A stretch of 63,702 bases of DNA, counting the filler, from Choristocarpus tenellus KU-1152 (lineage: Eukaryota; Protista; Phaeophyceae), in NCBI GenBank assembly GCA_964200185.2. It is 9 parts of 9 records of this genome, joined end to end, with 100 filler letters (N's around TTAATTAATTAA, not from the genome) between each part and the next. Parts side by side here need not be neighbours in the genome. Positions count along the whole stretch, not along the records: positions 1 to 4,313 come from CAXNAD020015164.1; positions 4,414 to 8,105 come from CAXNAD020018488.1; positions 8,206 to 20,006 come from CAXNAD020002135.1; 6 more parts are not named here. One strand, given 5' to 3'. Position 1 is the first letter of the stretch. Each line of letters starts with the position of its first letter. The notes beneath the pieces were generated by a model. The model saw nothing but the letters and a program-made list of their open reading frames with translations, searched no databases and was not told the DNA's origin. A program made the position numbers and the translations under genes. Below, piece by piece: positions 1-11,500 of this stretch.

Positions 1-174
1 ACTCAAAGTATCTGGGGGGGGGGGGTCTACACCAGGGTGTCCATTTGGACCAAAATCAGGAAAAGTGCACATAAATTATCCATTCGACGTATGCAACCAA
101 ATTACCCCAAAATCGCAACATGAAAAAATTGACCCCAAAAGGACAGCCGCCCCCCCCCCCAGATACTTTGAGCC
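1..174. mobile_element. MITE family C (poly-G TIR type), near-complete copy
   Basis: Inverted termini ACTCAAAGTATCTG(G)n at 1-25 and (C)nAGATACTTTGAGCC at ~150-174. The same terminus recurs at ~3436, 4236, 8078, 10111, 19954 and 28204. Confidence 0.75.
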
Positions 175-778
175 ACAATTTAGGTAACTGTGTTAGCCAC
201 AGAAAACCGAAAGAGGGCATAAAAAACCCGTGGGAAGTCAAGCCCTGAACAGACAAACAGGGAAAAACTCCAACCCTCTTAAATGCTTTGGGTCACTGAT
301 TGCCTGCAATACTAGGAACCAAGGAACGGAATAGGTTCAGTGGTGGGCTAGAGAGACTGCGTATATTGTATAGCAATGCATTGCAAGTATACGATGTCAG
401 ATGGCGATAGAGGCAATATGATACTGCCAGTATCATATATGCACTAATAAGGCAAATAGTGAGTACTTGTTTGTTGTATCAAGAAGTTTCTTTCTTGATG
501 CGATGTATCAATACTCAACAGTATTTGACATATCATTATATCAATCTATAATGCCATTTCACTCTGATACAGTATTTCTGACTGATACCTACCCCTTCTA
601 TTGGTACCAGTCCTCACCTGTCCATCTCCAGACTCTGTTCCCAGTCCACCTTGGCCTTCTCCAGGTAGGAAGCGACAGAGTGCCCATCCCATACACGGCT
701 CCGCCACTTGTGTTGAATGTATGATACGACCTGCAGCATAAGTCAATCCAAGCAAGCAAGTAGAGAACGAAAACGTAC

Positions 779-2063
779 ACGATCCGGCGTTCAACATGCA
801 GATCTCTGTCACATCCTTTGGCAGCGCGTCTGCTGAAGATTTTTCGAGCCTTGTCTAGATACGTCTTCACCGTGGTCTGTCAGTGGTAGATGTACATTGA
901 CCTGACGGAAGGAATTGAAAGAAATAATATTTCCAATTCAAATATAGTTGGTATGGGGGAAATTCCATGTACTACGTGAGAGGCCAATTAATTAATTACA
1001 CACTCAGGTACCACGATCAATTAATTTCACTTGTCTTATCGCCTTGTGCCACGGTGTGCCCTCACGAACAGATACTGCCGGATGTATTCAAAGTTATCCC
1101 GACGCTTCGTTAGCTCTATGGCCATCGATGGCAAGGACTCTCGTTAGAAAGGGCGGTGGCGAAAGGCAGAAGACATCAACACCTGAGAGATAGGAGGATA
1201 AAGATTGACTGCGATGGAGCTCACATGCTTCGAGCGAAAGCATCTTAGGGGTACGAGTTTTGCCCTATTTGACCGTTTGGGGTTTGGCATTCCAATGGGG
1301 TTATTTTAAGTCATTTTTCCTACTCCGAAATGTTTCGGAGTAGGTAAAATGTATACGTTATGAAAAGGTGTGTCCGGATCAAGGTTATTGACACTTACTA
1401 ACAAACGCGATAGCCAATATAACATCAAAATCAGAGCATCGGATTTTTGCCCCCAAACGGACGCAGCTCTACCCTCTAAGATACTTTGACTCTTTCCAGC
1501 GCACAAGAGATCACAGACCATGTCTTCGGTGACACGACAGGTTGCCCAGAACCCCTTGATTTATAAGTAAGAAATTGTGTAAATTGGATGGAACTGAAAA
1601 CATACGGCTGTGCAGGTCAAATGACGGCACAAAGCCACCCCCTCCAACACGCCTCACTCCCAACCTATTCATCCATTAGTCATTAAGGTCCTCCACTACC
1701 CTCTGTCCAACCCCTGCCCCCTTCCCACCTCAAATTGCTCGCACTCAACCTTACCCCCACACCACAGACCTGCATCTCCAAGGCCTGCTTCTTTCTCATC
1801 GCCGGACCGTTGATCTCCGCCATCAGTGTACGGGTCTCCTCTTTGTAAGGCCTTTTGGTCAGCGCCTCTTCCGCCACCTTGAAAGCTTCATCAAACCTCT
1901 GGAAACTGGCGTAGCACTCTGCTTTGTCCATTAGCTCGTCGTATCCCAGCTTGCTTTGTCTCGCGGCCAAAGCTTGAGTTGTAGCTGTGCCTGGGGGCCT
2001 TGGGCTTGGGGCAGGCTCTGGGTTGGGGGCCACAGCACCTTTTACCTTACGCATATACATCAT
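779..2063 (-). pseudogene. TPR-like helical-repeat protein gene, partial, with an in-frame stop in putative exon 2
   Basis: Exon 2063-1770 (YDELMDKAECYASFQRFDEAFKVAEEALTKRP, TPR-like) ends CAG|GT. Exon 1182-1066 is AG/GT-bounded and 39 codons long but has TAA at 1146-1144. Candidate exon 876-779 (TTVKTYLDKARKIFSRR). Confidence 0.4.
1232..1492. mobile_element. MITE family A (~260 bp, GAG termini)
   Basis: TIRs GAGCGAAAGCATCTTAGGGGTA / TACCCTCTAAGATACTTTGACTC; internal hairpin TACTCCGAAATGTTTCGGAGTA; flanks CTTC/TTTC. Confidence 0.9.
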
Positions 2064-2606
2064 CAGAATGATGTTGAAGTTGTAAGGTGTTGGGCGTTGA
2101 GGGGTGGGGAGGAATCAAAGGTTCAGTGTGAAGTGGCGAGAGGTATGACATCCCATAAAACGTTCCGACAAGGTGCTGAAGACGGTCGGATGCAGACCCT
2201 AAATCGGATACGGCAACCTAACGGCCGTTGCCCCGCTTCTCAACAATGATGCCAGACAATCTTTTCGTGCACATCCCCTGCTATTCAAGTGCTCTTCAAT
2301 GCGGACTCTGTTTTTTGGGCGCTGTCGACCCTTCCAATTCGTTCGCTCTTGCGCTCCTTTGTATTTTGCCGCAAAGGAAGCAAATCAGCACTCCGTAGTC
2401 ACAGCTTGTCTCCAAAATCTCACAGTTTTTTAGAAGAAGAAAAAGAAAATGATTTAAAAGGACTGGAATCCATGTGACTTCTTGCCTGCTACGTAGTAGA
2501 ACACAAGATCTCAAAGGAGTTTGGAGTACCTGACTTAAAAAATATAAGAAAACAAAAGCTCAATCTAATGGTGCCCTCATACATTAGGAGATGAACTGTG
2601 AGTGGG

Positions 2607-2864
2607 GAGTGAAAGTATCTTAGAGGGTACGAATTTTGCCCTGTTTGTCCATTTGGGGCTTGGTTTCCATTGGGGTTTGTATGACATTTTCCTACTTGAA
2701 AAAAATTCAGAGCAGGTAAAATGTATATGTTTTGAAAAGGTGTGTCCAGAACAAGGGTATTGGCACTTCCTAACAAACACGATAATCAAAATTACATCAA
2801 AATTGCAACTTTGGATTTTGGCCCCCAAATGGACGCGGCTTTACCCTCTAAGATACTTTGGCTC
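2607..2864. mobile_element. MITE family A
   Basis: TIRs GAGTGAAAGTATCTTAGAGGGTA / TACCCTCTAAGATACTTTGGCTC; exact 4-bp TSD TGGG (2603-2606, 2865-2868). Confidence 0.95.
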
Positions 2865-3019
2865 TGGGGAGTAATTCACACAAACGGGTTCGTTCCCCGT
2901 TAATCCCCACCTTTCTTGACTCTTCTTGAACCCACCCTTTCGAAAAGTAGACTTTGGAATTCAATTGTCTCACGCTTTGTCCTCCAGATTCAAACCCACT
3001 CTCCACTGATGCTATGAGA

Positions 3020-3278
3020 GAGTGAGATTACCTTAGAGGGTATGGGTTTTGTCCTGTTTTTCCGTTTGGGGCTTGGCTTCCCAAGGGTTTTTTTTATGAC
3101 ATTTTCCTCCTCCGAAATGTTTTGGAGGAGGAAAATGTATACGTTATGAAAACATGTGTCCGGAACAAAGATGTTGACACTTCCTAACAAACACAATAAT
3201 CAAAAATCACATCAAAACCGCAACATTGGATTTTGGCCCCCAAACGGACGCGGCTCTACCCTCCTAGATACTTTGGCT
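3020..3278. mobile_element. MITE family A
   Basis: Aligns by eye to the other copies; GAGA on both flanks; terminal C missing. Confidence 0.9.
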
Positions 3279-4235
3279 GAGATCAACCACGAACCTTACC
3301 TTAGAAAGGAGTAGCTCAGCTTTACGAAATGTCAATAATGCCAAGGCTGGCTCACCACACTTCGCCCACTCTCGAGCCAGCTGAACCTGTCGTTGGGGGA
3401 GGGGGGGGGCAGAAAAGAAGTATAAGGTTGGGTGGGGTCAAAGAATCTGGGGGGGTGGAGCCGGCGTCCGTTTTTGACCAGTGTTGATTTCCTTTTTACT
3501 TCATGCACTGGGAAACTGTACAAATCTGTTCAGTGTTGCTGTGAAAAAAGTGGTTAGGTTAAGGGACGGTGCAACACCACAAAGGTAGTCCCTGGTTGCT
3601 GAAGGGATATACATATATACCTTATACTGTCAGGGGTTCTCCTTTTACCCTCCTTTGCTATTTAGCACCACCTTCCACCAACCAAAACTGGTCAAAACAT
3701 TTCATATTTTGGAAAAGACGGGAACTAGTGATACAAGGAAGGGGTGGCCTTTGAAGATGGGTTTGGGTGAGGGTATGGTGTTCAGCAAGTTAAAGTCAAC
3801 CGGAGAGCATTTGAACTATCACCAGGGAAATAGATAGATAAAAATATATTTAGAGAGAGAAAGAGAGAGAGGGGGTCTGTGTGTGCCTGTGGTTTCAGGT
3901 CGTGTTCCACCTACCATTGATACTGTTTTATCATATCACCTACGAGCTGTGCAAAGATTATTCCCACAAAGTGCCCCCTACATGGGATCCGAACAGCTCT
4001 TGCTAACATACCATGTAATTCTGAGAGTTGAAAAAAACATGTGTCTGTCTATCTGTCTGTCCATCTGTCTGTCTGTCCATCCATCTGCGCATTGCCAGTA
4101 CTGGCTTTCAATTTTGCGTCTATGATCACACATGAGGTTTGACTCTTCACTAGGCTACAGTACTTGTAGTTATATCGTATGTTAAAAATGCCCAATCCTT
4201 GAGCAGACGAGGCCAACTCTAATCGACTCTAATTA

Positions 4236-4313
4236 GCTCAAAGTATCTGTGGAGGGGGTGGCGGCGGTCCATTTGGGACCAATATTTTCATGTCGCGATT
4301 TTTGGGTGATTTG
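4236..4313. mobile_element. MITE family C, truncated at contig end
   Basis: GCTCAAAGTATCTGTGGAGGGGG...GTCCATTTGGGACCAA matches the left end of the 1-174 element. Confidence 0.7.
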
Positions 4314-4413
4314 NNNNNNNNNNNNNNNNNNNNNNNNNNNNNNNNNNNNNNNNNNNNTTAATTAATTAANNNNNNNNNNNNNNNNNNNNNNNNNNNNNNN
4401 NNNNNNNNNNNNN
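4314..4413. other. Artificial contig linker
   Basis: N44-TTAATTAATTAA-N44 (stops in all six frames). Confidence 0.97.
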
Positions 4414-6042
4414 GGCTTCCCCACAGACTTCGTCACTGTACAACCTGGTGATGGACTCGCCGCTCTCTTCCTGCTTTCCCGAGGTGGCAGATATTTCAGA
4501 ACAGTACTCCGACGTGGTTGATCGAACCACATCTGTGTGGTAATGCTTTCAGTGCATCTTCTCTCAGCGTCAGCGTCGCGGCCTGTTATCCATTTCGCGA
4601 TTTGATTATGCTGCTCGCTATAGTACACGCACTTTCTCGTCACCTAACTTCGCACTGAGTGTCACACGGCACTTGCTTTTCCGTCGCCTCTCGACAGAGA
4701 AGGTGCCGAGGTTAGATCCAGGGGGAAGAGTGGCCTCGGAGGCTCTCCTTGTTTCATCGTCGTGGTTCATGTTGCTGTGTAAGTCACACGTGTGTGTGCT
4801 CACAAAAATTTTGGAAAAGGCGTTAAAAAGATGTCCGGAAATTTTGAGTTCTTGTTCGATATCTCCACACCAGGCAAACTTGGGCAGCAACGTACCCCGG
4901 ACCAGTGTTTTGCAAGGAGTTCAGCCAACCACTTCATTTTTGTCCATTTTGAAGTCGTGACCTTTAAAATTGCGGCGAATATTTTCCCCCTCGTTTTTGC
5001 CATTCTTTGATATGGGCATAGCTCCCGTTCCCCAAAGCCTGGACATTCGTGGATACAAACCTTCAAAAGCTCTTATCATTCCCTTTCATTTGATATATCA
5101 TTTTGTATCACTGTTGTGGTAACCCGGTGAAAAAAACTAGGATTGCCACAGAGGACGAATCTACTGGTACCACATTATTACCATAATTTCTACAATATTT
5201 GCCTTTTCTAAATTGAATATTGCTACAACAGCAAAAAAAAAGTAAAACAAAATGGTGATTGGGTGATTTTTTGTACAGTGTTCCAGTGTGAGCTGGCGTG
5301 GTTGCTAAGGTGGGCGTGGGTTGGGGGCTGGCCGTTGAATCCCAGTAATACTTCCTCTCGCCATCTCTCCTGTCTCCTCCTCGTCATTGTCATCGAGAGG
5401 TAGCCCCCTCTCCATGCGACCGCCGTCGTTATCCTCTACCACCTCTCCAACCCCATCCCCCGTGTGCCTCCATTTGGTTTTCAGTTTGATGTTGCCATCA
5501 TGAAAAAACAAATCCTGTCCGCCTATTCCCAAAGCAGAGTTGTGTGCTCTGGTTGTATTCCTCCCTCGCCCTTGCCTATGTCGTGGGCCGCCATCGCCAT
5601 CCTCTGTCGCCTCTATAAACCCATCCTCGCGCGAGCCCGTGCTATTCTCCGTTCGACCCCCTGTCCTGCGAATTCGAAACCTGTTCACTGTTTCCCAAAA
5701 CAGAATTTTATGCTCCACTTATGCTAGTTCCTCGCCCATGCCTGTCTCCTGCACTGTCGTCGTCTTCCCCCTTCACCTACACTTTCCCAGTCTCTCACAT
5801 TTCCTTTTCTTTATGGAGGAATGGAGTTTTGTTTCCTTATTCTCAGTAGTACGGTCTGCTTTTCCCAAATACAACTGTCAGTACTCCCCTTCTCCTGCAA
5901 ACACCCACTTGATCTAGACCGTGCCGTGGCTCTTTACCTCCACGTCCGGCCCCTACATCCCATCCCTTGCCCCACCTGCCGTACCCCCACAACCCCAGAA
6001 CACAACTGTGCTGCCATGGAGGGGAGTGTGGGAACCTAAGTC

Positions 6043-7921
6043 ATGCTGGAATCCATCCGCACACAATCGTCCTCTACCCCTTTCCCACCTTTCCGCCTAC
6101 TCTCTATCCCACACCCCCACCCCCACCCCCCACCCCCTCCCCCTTCATTCACTCCCTACCCAAGCTGCCTAGAGCCACTTCCCCCAGACCACCAGGACAC
6201 CCTCCCTTGTGGGTGCTCGCTCCACCCCAACTGCATGGTCAGCCTCTGCGAAGAGGCAAACCACCCATTCACATGCCCCTATTGTGAAACACACCTACCC
6301 ATCCCCACACTTTTCAATCGCACCTACACCACCCTCACCAGCAAAAGACACCTTCCTAGCGGGCTTATAACCCGTCTGAATAACGCCACTGAAACCCAAA
6401 TCCACCTTTTTTCGTCACACAACATTTCGGGCCAAACCTTACGCCCCACCCACCTCCCTCCACGGGTCGGAGCACCCCCTATCCCCACACCCCAACCCGC
6501 CCCACCCCCCTCTCCACTCCAATCCTTCCCACCCACCCCTCCTCCCTGGTCACCACCACCATCATCACCACCACCACCACCACCACCTACCCCCACTACC
6601 CTCCCCCCCCTCCACTCCAGGAAATCTAGGTCACCTACCACCACATCCACATTTACCTTATTAGTCCACACTCCAAGTGTAGCTTTTGCCCTTGATCAAG
6701 TCCAGATGGAGACCTTTGAGCGGGTAAACATCACCACTGTTAAGAAGGTCCTGTTCAGGTTCCGCACCACCCATGCAATCACCCTCATGCACACAGAGGA
6801 TCTCCTGATGCATGAGGTAACCGCACCAAGGCTAGAGGGGGGGACAGCAACAATGTGGGTCATCAGAGTGTCCAAACTATTTAATCTGATCTCTGGCCTC
6901 TTACTGGCAAATGATGGCAAGTTCTCGAGGGAGGAAAGGCTTGCCTTTGTGGCATCTGGGAATATCAAAGAGCTCGTAGCATGGCTGCTAGAACAATCCC
7001 AGAACGCCAGCGGACGTAGGGAGGCACATGGAGGGGACCCCAAATCCCACCAGGAACGTGCTGCAGCTCTGGTTCACCACCATGGAGCCATCTCCAAGGG
7101 GACGAGTGTCCTCCTAGCACAACCCAGAGCCCCAGGGACGGAGGAGAATTTCAGGGTGCTGGTCCCCAAGCACCCAAGAGAGAATCCTGATGAGGTTAGG
7201 CAGGCCATTACAAACGCAAAAGGCAGGGTACCAGGGGATACAAGATCTGGGCAACAAACGTACTGCCCCCCTAAAGGGGAGTACGCCCCACCTCCCTCCG
7301 GACAGCTTTCATGAGGGTGAAGAGTAACTCAGGACCAGGCCCCGATGGGATGCACCCCAGTCACATCAGATCAGCCATCACGACAGATATTGGTCACAAA
7401 GAAGTGGTGGAGGCGTTTGCAAAGCTCTGGGAACTAGCCCACACCTCCCCAGACTCTCTACCTCTGGAGGCTTGAACGCTTCACACCAACTCCAGATTTC
7501 CACAACTGGGAGACGTGTCGCCCGGTTGCCTATGGCTCTTTTTTCAGAAGGGCATGTGCTTCAGCTTTCTGTACAGACTGGCGCCCCTACCTAGAGGACA
7601 CTTTCAATGGACAATTTGGTGTAGAGGTTCCAAATGGGGTAGAGCGTGCTTCTAGACATCCGACTAAGAAATGAGTGCGGAGAATGGTTCATCAGTCTAG
7701 ATGGTGGAAGAAATGCTTTCAACAGTGTACGCCACTTGGCATTCATGAAGGCTCTCCCAAAGACTCTACCGGGACTCCTGCCCTACATCTCCAAGGTGTA
7801 TGGGGATACCTGAAATCTTCTTTTCCCCCTGGATGAGGGAGGGAAGAAGATCCTGCCATCAAGATCGGGGGCATAACAAGAAGGCCGCCTTGACCCCCTC
7901 CTATAATGCATGGCCACACAT
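6043..7921 (+). mobile_element. Decayed non-LTR retrotransposon (CRE-like clade), with ORF remnant and disrupted reverse transcriptase
   Basis: ORF 6043-7314 contains AISKGTSVL...APGTEENFRVLVPKHP. Broken RT motifs follow in order: SGPGPDGMHPSHIR (~7329), RPVAYGS (~7519), GQFGVEVPNGVE (~7609), NAFNSV (~7712), SRSGA*QEGRLDPLL*C (~7859). Contains stops and frameshifts and is cut by a MITE at 7923. Confidence 0.8.
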
Positions 7922-7922
7922 A

Positions 7923-8105
7923 GAGTCAAAGTATCTTAGAGGGTAGGGACGCGTCCATTTGGGGACCAAAATCCAATGTTGCGATTTGGATGTAACTTTG
8001 GCCATCATGTTTGTTTGAAAGTGTCAATATCCTTGTCCCGGACACACCTTTTCATAACATCAACATTTTACCTACTGACCCAAAGTATCTGGGAGGGGGG
8101 GGGGG
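7923..8105. mobile_element. Partial MITE family A interrupted by a family C terminus at contig end
   Basis: GAGTCAAAGTATCTTAGAGGGTA at 7923; the family A sequence stops at ~8077 where GACCCAAAGTATCTGGGAGG(G)n begins. Confidence 0.85.
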
Positions 8106-8205
8106 NNNNNNNNNNNNNNNNNNNNNNNNNNNNNNNNNNNNNNNNNNNNTTAATTAATTAANNNNNNNNNNNNNNNNNNNNNNNNNNNNNNNNNNNNNNN
8201 NNNNN
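8106..8205. other. Artificial contig linker
   Basis: N44-TTAATTAATTAA-N44. Confidence 0.97.
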
Positions 8206-8516
8206 CAATACGAGAATTCCGGTACAAAAGCCTATTTTTTGAGCATGTCGAAAAAAAGCGGTACAAAAGTGCGTATTTTTCGATTTGGTTCGTAATATTT
8301 GGCCCAAAATAGGGTAACCCACTGTATTTGAACATTGATTCCTCACACAATTTCTCATGATCTGGCTTACTTGTCTTTGATCGATCAAACCGTGTGCCTT
8401 GTTCACCGCCTCTAATAGTTAATATGCACCTCTCCCAACGACAGTCCAATTAATAATTTGTACTCGAATAAGAGGTCGACGCTATTGAGGTGAGAGGTGT
8501 TTCCAATGTAGCGAAG

Positions 8517-11500
8517 ATGGCAGCAAAACTGTACACGTCCTCGGCTAAAAATAATGTTTCATCCTCGTACGTCGTCGTGGCGGTACTCACTCTCGTCATC
8601 GGCATTATGGGATACCAACGTCTACGTTTCTCACCATATGAGGGGCAGTTTTGGCTTCAAAAGCTACCGCATGAGCCAGAGAACGATGAAGTACATTTTG
8701 AGATAGGGAAGGTTCGCGATACAGAGGAACAAACGCTCTGGAACCCTACACATGTCAACCGCCGACTAGGTCCCACAACGTTGAGGGGAAAATCCTGGGC
8801 GAAGCAGCAGCTGAGGGACGCTAACCTAGTTGGTCGGATCAAGGTGAGGGAACGAGTTTGGGGATATGCACCAATTACAAAATTGCGTTTGCCGCAGAAT
8901 TGGACTAAAAAGGGGAAACCTTCCTTCAATGGAATTGGGACAGAATACTCTGTCACCGTGTATTACTAGGTTGTTGCCAAAACCGCAAATGTGATGAGCA
9001 CGATTGTTCAACATCGATCTATGATTCATTCACCACGACTGGGCTGTAGTGACACCATTAACGATCTAATTTTAAACTACCATGCCTGTCTGCGTGTACA
9101 TTTCAACCCAGCAGAGGGGGGGGGTGACTTAATCGATGTTCATTCGAAAGCAATGGATCGCAGTGCTTATAATACCTCAGAGGCATCACCAAGTCAATTG
9201 GTACCCTAGGAAAAAATGGATGCAGAATTACAGAGACGTCGTCCTAAATAGAGTTGACAATATTGTCTCCTCATTCCGTAGTTGCCAATGATGAACACTT
9301 GAGAGGGCGAATCTTCAATCGGCAACAGAGCTTGCCCACACTACGAACTAGCCCCTATCAATTGAGACTTTAAGCTAAAAACACTGTGTAAGCACCTAAT
9401 ACCACACAATTCTATTCTATATCTTTCCCTCTTGGACCTCGTAGAAGCATGTGCTGCGACTTCTGTGTACTAACATGAGCCTATGCATTGCTGACTTGCC
9501 CACAGTTCCATCGTTTGCTGAAGCACTACGATAATTTAACCTCCTATGTGATTGAATCACAAAAAAATTAATCCATTACACTGCAGCCCTTGGTTTGGCC
9601 CTTTGGAAATGATAACAGGTTCATGGTTTGCTGAAGCACTACAATAATTTTACCTCCTATGTGATTGAATCACGACAAAATGAATCCATTACACCACTGC
9701 CATTGGTACGGCCCTTTGGAGAAGATCACATGGTGACAATTCCCCTTCTCATCATCATTGGAGCTCAGGCAAGAATGTCACGTGCTACACATATTTTTTG
9801 TTTATTGTATCTTCTGTTGCTTAGGCAGTAGACGACAGGGTTGCTTCAACTGCTTCAAATACTATATTGGTTCATTTCATTTTTTTATGCTTTTTGTCCA
9901 TTGTGACTCGATATCAATGTGATCACCCTTTCCCTCTCTTGATCCTGCCAAGTGTGTTCCTATACTGCTGCACCAGTATAAAGCACTTTTCCAATCTTGC
10001 TGTTGGACCCAGTCTTGCTCAGGGTCGTTATCCTTCAATAATCTTGCCACTATATACAATGTTTGATCACACACATTGTTGCTTCATTCCAACAATATAA
10101 TGTACGGAATGACTCCAAGTATCTGGGGGGGGGGGAAGGAGCCAATGTTGAGCGCTCTGTACCATATCAATTTGTCATGTGAACATTTTTTTTTTACAAG
10201 AACAGATTCTGGGATATGCACAAAACACGCACACATACGCATGTATGTATGCCACACAGAGCACAACCTGGTGCCTTGATCCAAAGATCCTCCCTTCGCC
10301 CCCTTATTGTGCCATATCCCTGAGAACACCTAGGACGAAACAAGTAAGCCTCTCTGTGCCTCAATGCAGTACTATATTTCCTGCCTCTGATTGATACAGA
10401 AGTGAAAAATATCTCTATGATCGAATGAAGGAATTTAAGACTGACTTAGAAAAATTATGTTTGGTTTTGTGTACTGTTGTAGTCCCACACATAGATAACA
10501 AGCAGTGTTGAAGAGAGGTGATGGAGATGTTTGCCTTTCCTGTCAATGTAACCTTAGGAATAGACAGACACCCACTTACACATCTCCTTTCTTTCTATTA
10601 CCCATCCAACGTCCTCACCGTTGTTGTGTGTGTTTCCGTCTTTTTTTTCCTTTACGACGTGTACAGAAAGGAGGCACTACAATCTTGCGTACAAATCTGT
10701 TGAAGCATCCTCTTGTTTCTGGGATGCCGAGGGAGGTCGATTTCTTTGACATGACCCCAGACATGTGAGGTAGATGTTGAGCATATGTGATGAGGAAGAA
10801 TGAAGTCCTGTGCACAGAACTGATAAAAAAATAAGTTGTACTTTGATGTCACTCCTACTTCTGAAGTCGATTGATAAATCTTGCCTGCTGATGCAGAGAA
10901 AAAAGCACTGTGTGATGATACGTATTGCTGTTCATATAGTCATGGTAATGTGGTTGAAGGGAGTAGGGTATATTAAAAATAGAAAACAGATGCATATTGA
11001 CTTCATTTCAGATATCCCATTAGCAAAAGGAACATACTTGTGCTGTCTTTAAGTAATTATCGTTATTGTGATACATATTCAATCAAGTACTGTCTTGATA
11101 TACCCAGCAGTTACTCGAAGAAAGTGGGACGTGTACACGAAAAAGATAACAAGGCAGACCAATATTTTGACAGTTCACTCTCATGCTCAAAATCTTTTAT
11201 CATCCTCATCTACACTATCTTTATTATTATTATTACCTGTTGATTGATTAGTAATAAAAATCAGAACCACTTTTAAAGGAGTGTCAGTACACAAGAAACA
11301 CAAGGTTAATTGAGTCATAAAGAGGGCACAATTGGCTTAAGTTGACGAATGGCCGAACAATGCAGGGTGGGGCTTACACCAGCAATATGTGGCCATTAAA
11401 CCCTGATGCAAACCACTTGTACCACTATATCGGAACATATTAAGACCATTTATCTGTTGTCACAGTTGGGCAAAACGTCCACCTTAGAACTGCTAGTAGA

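Noticed and set aside
1232-3278. Repeated palindrome-containing units resembling a CRISPR array or attC sites
   Set aside because: They are ~260-bp dispersed elements with TIRs and TSDs (MITEs), with no regular repeat-spacer period and no cas or integrase gene.
1144-9572. TAA codon reassignment suggested by two in-frame TAAs
   Set aside because: One lies in a dead duplicated copy. The conserved NCAPD2, patatin and kinase exons have no internal TAA, and NCAPD2 appears to end on TAA.
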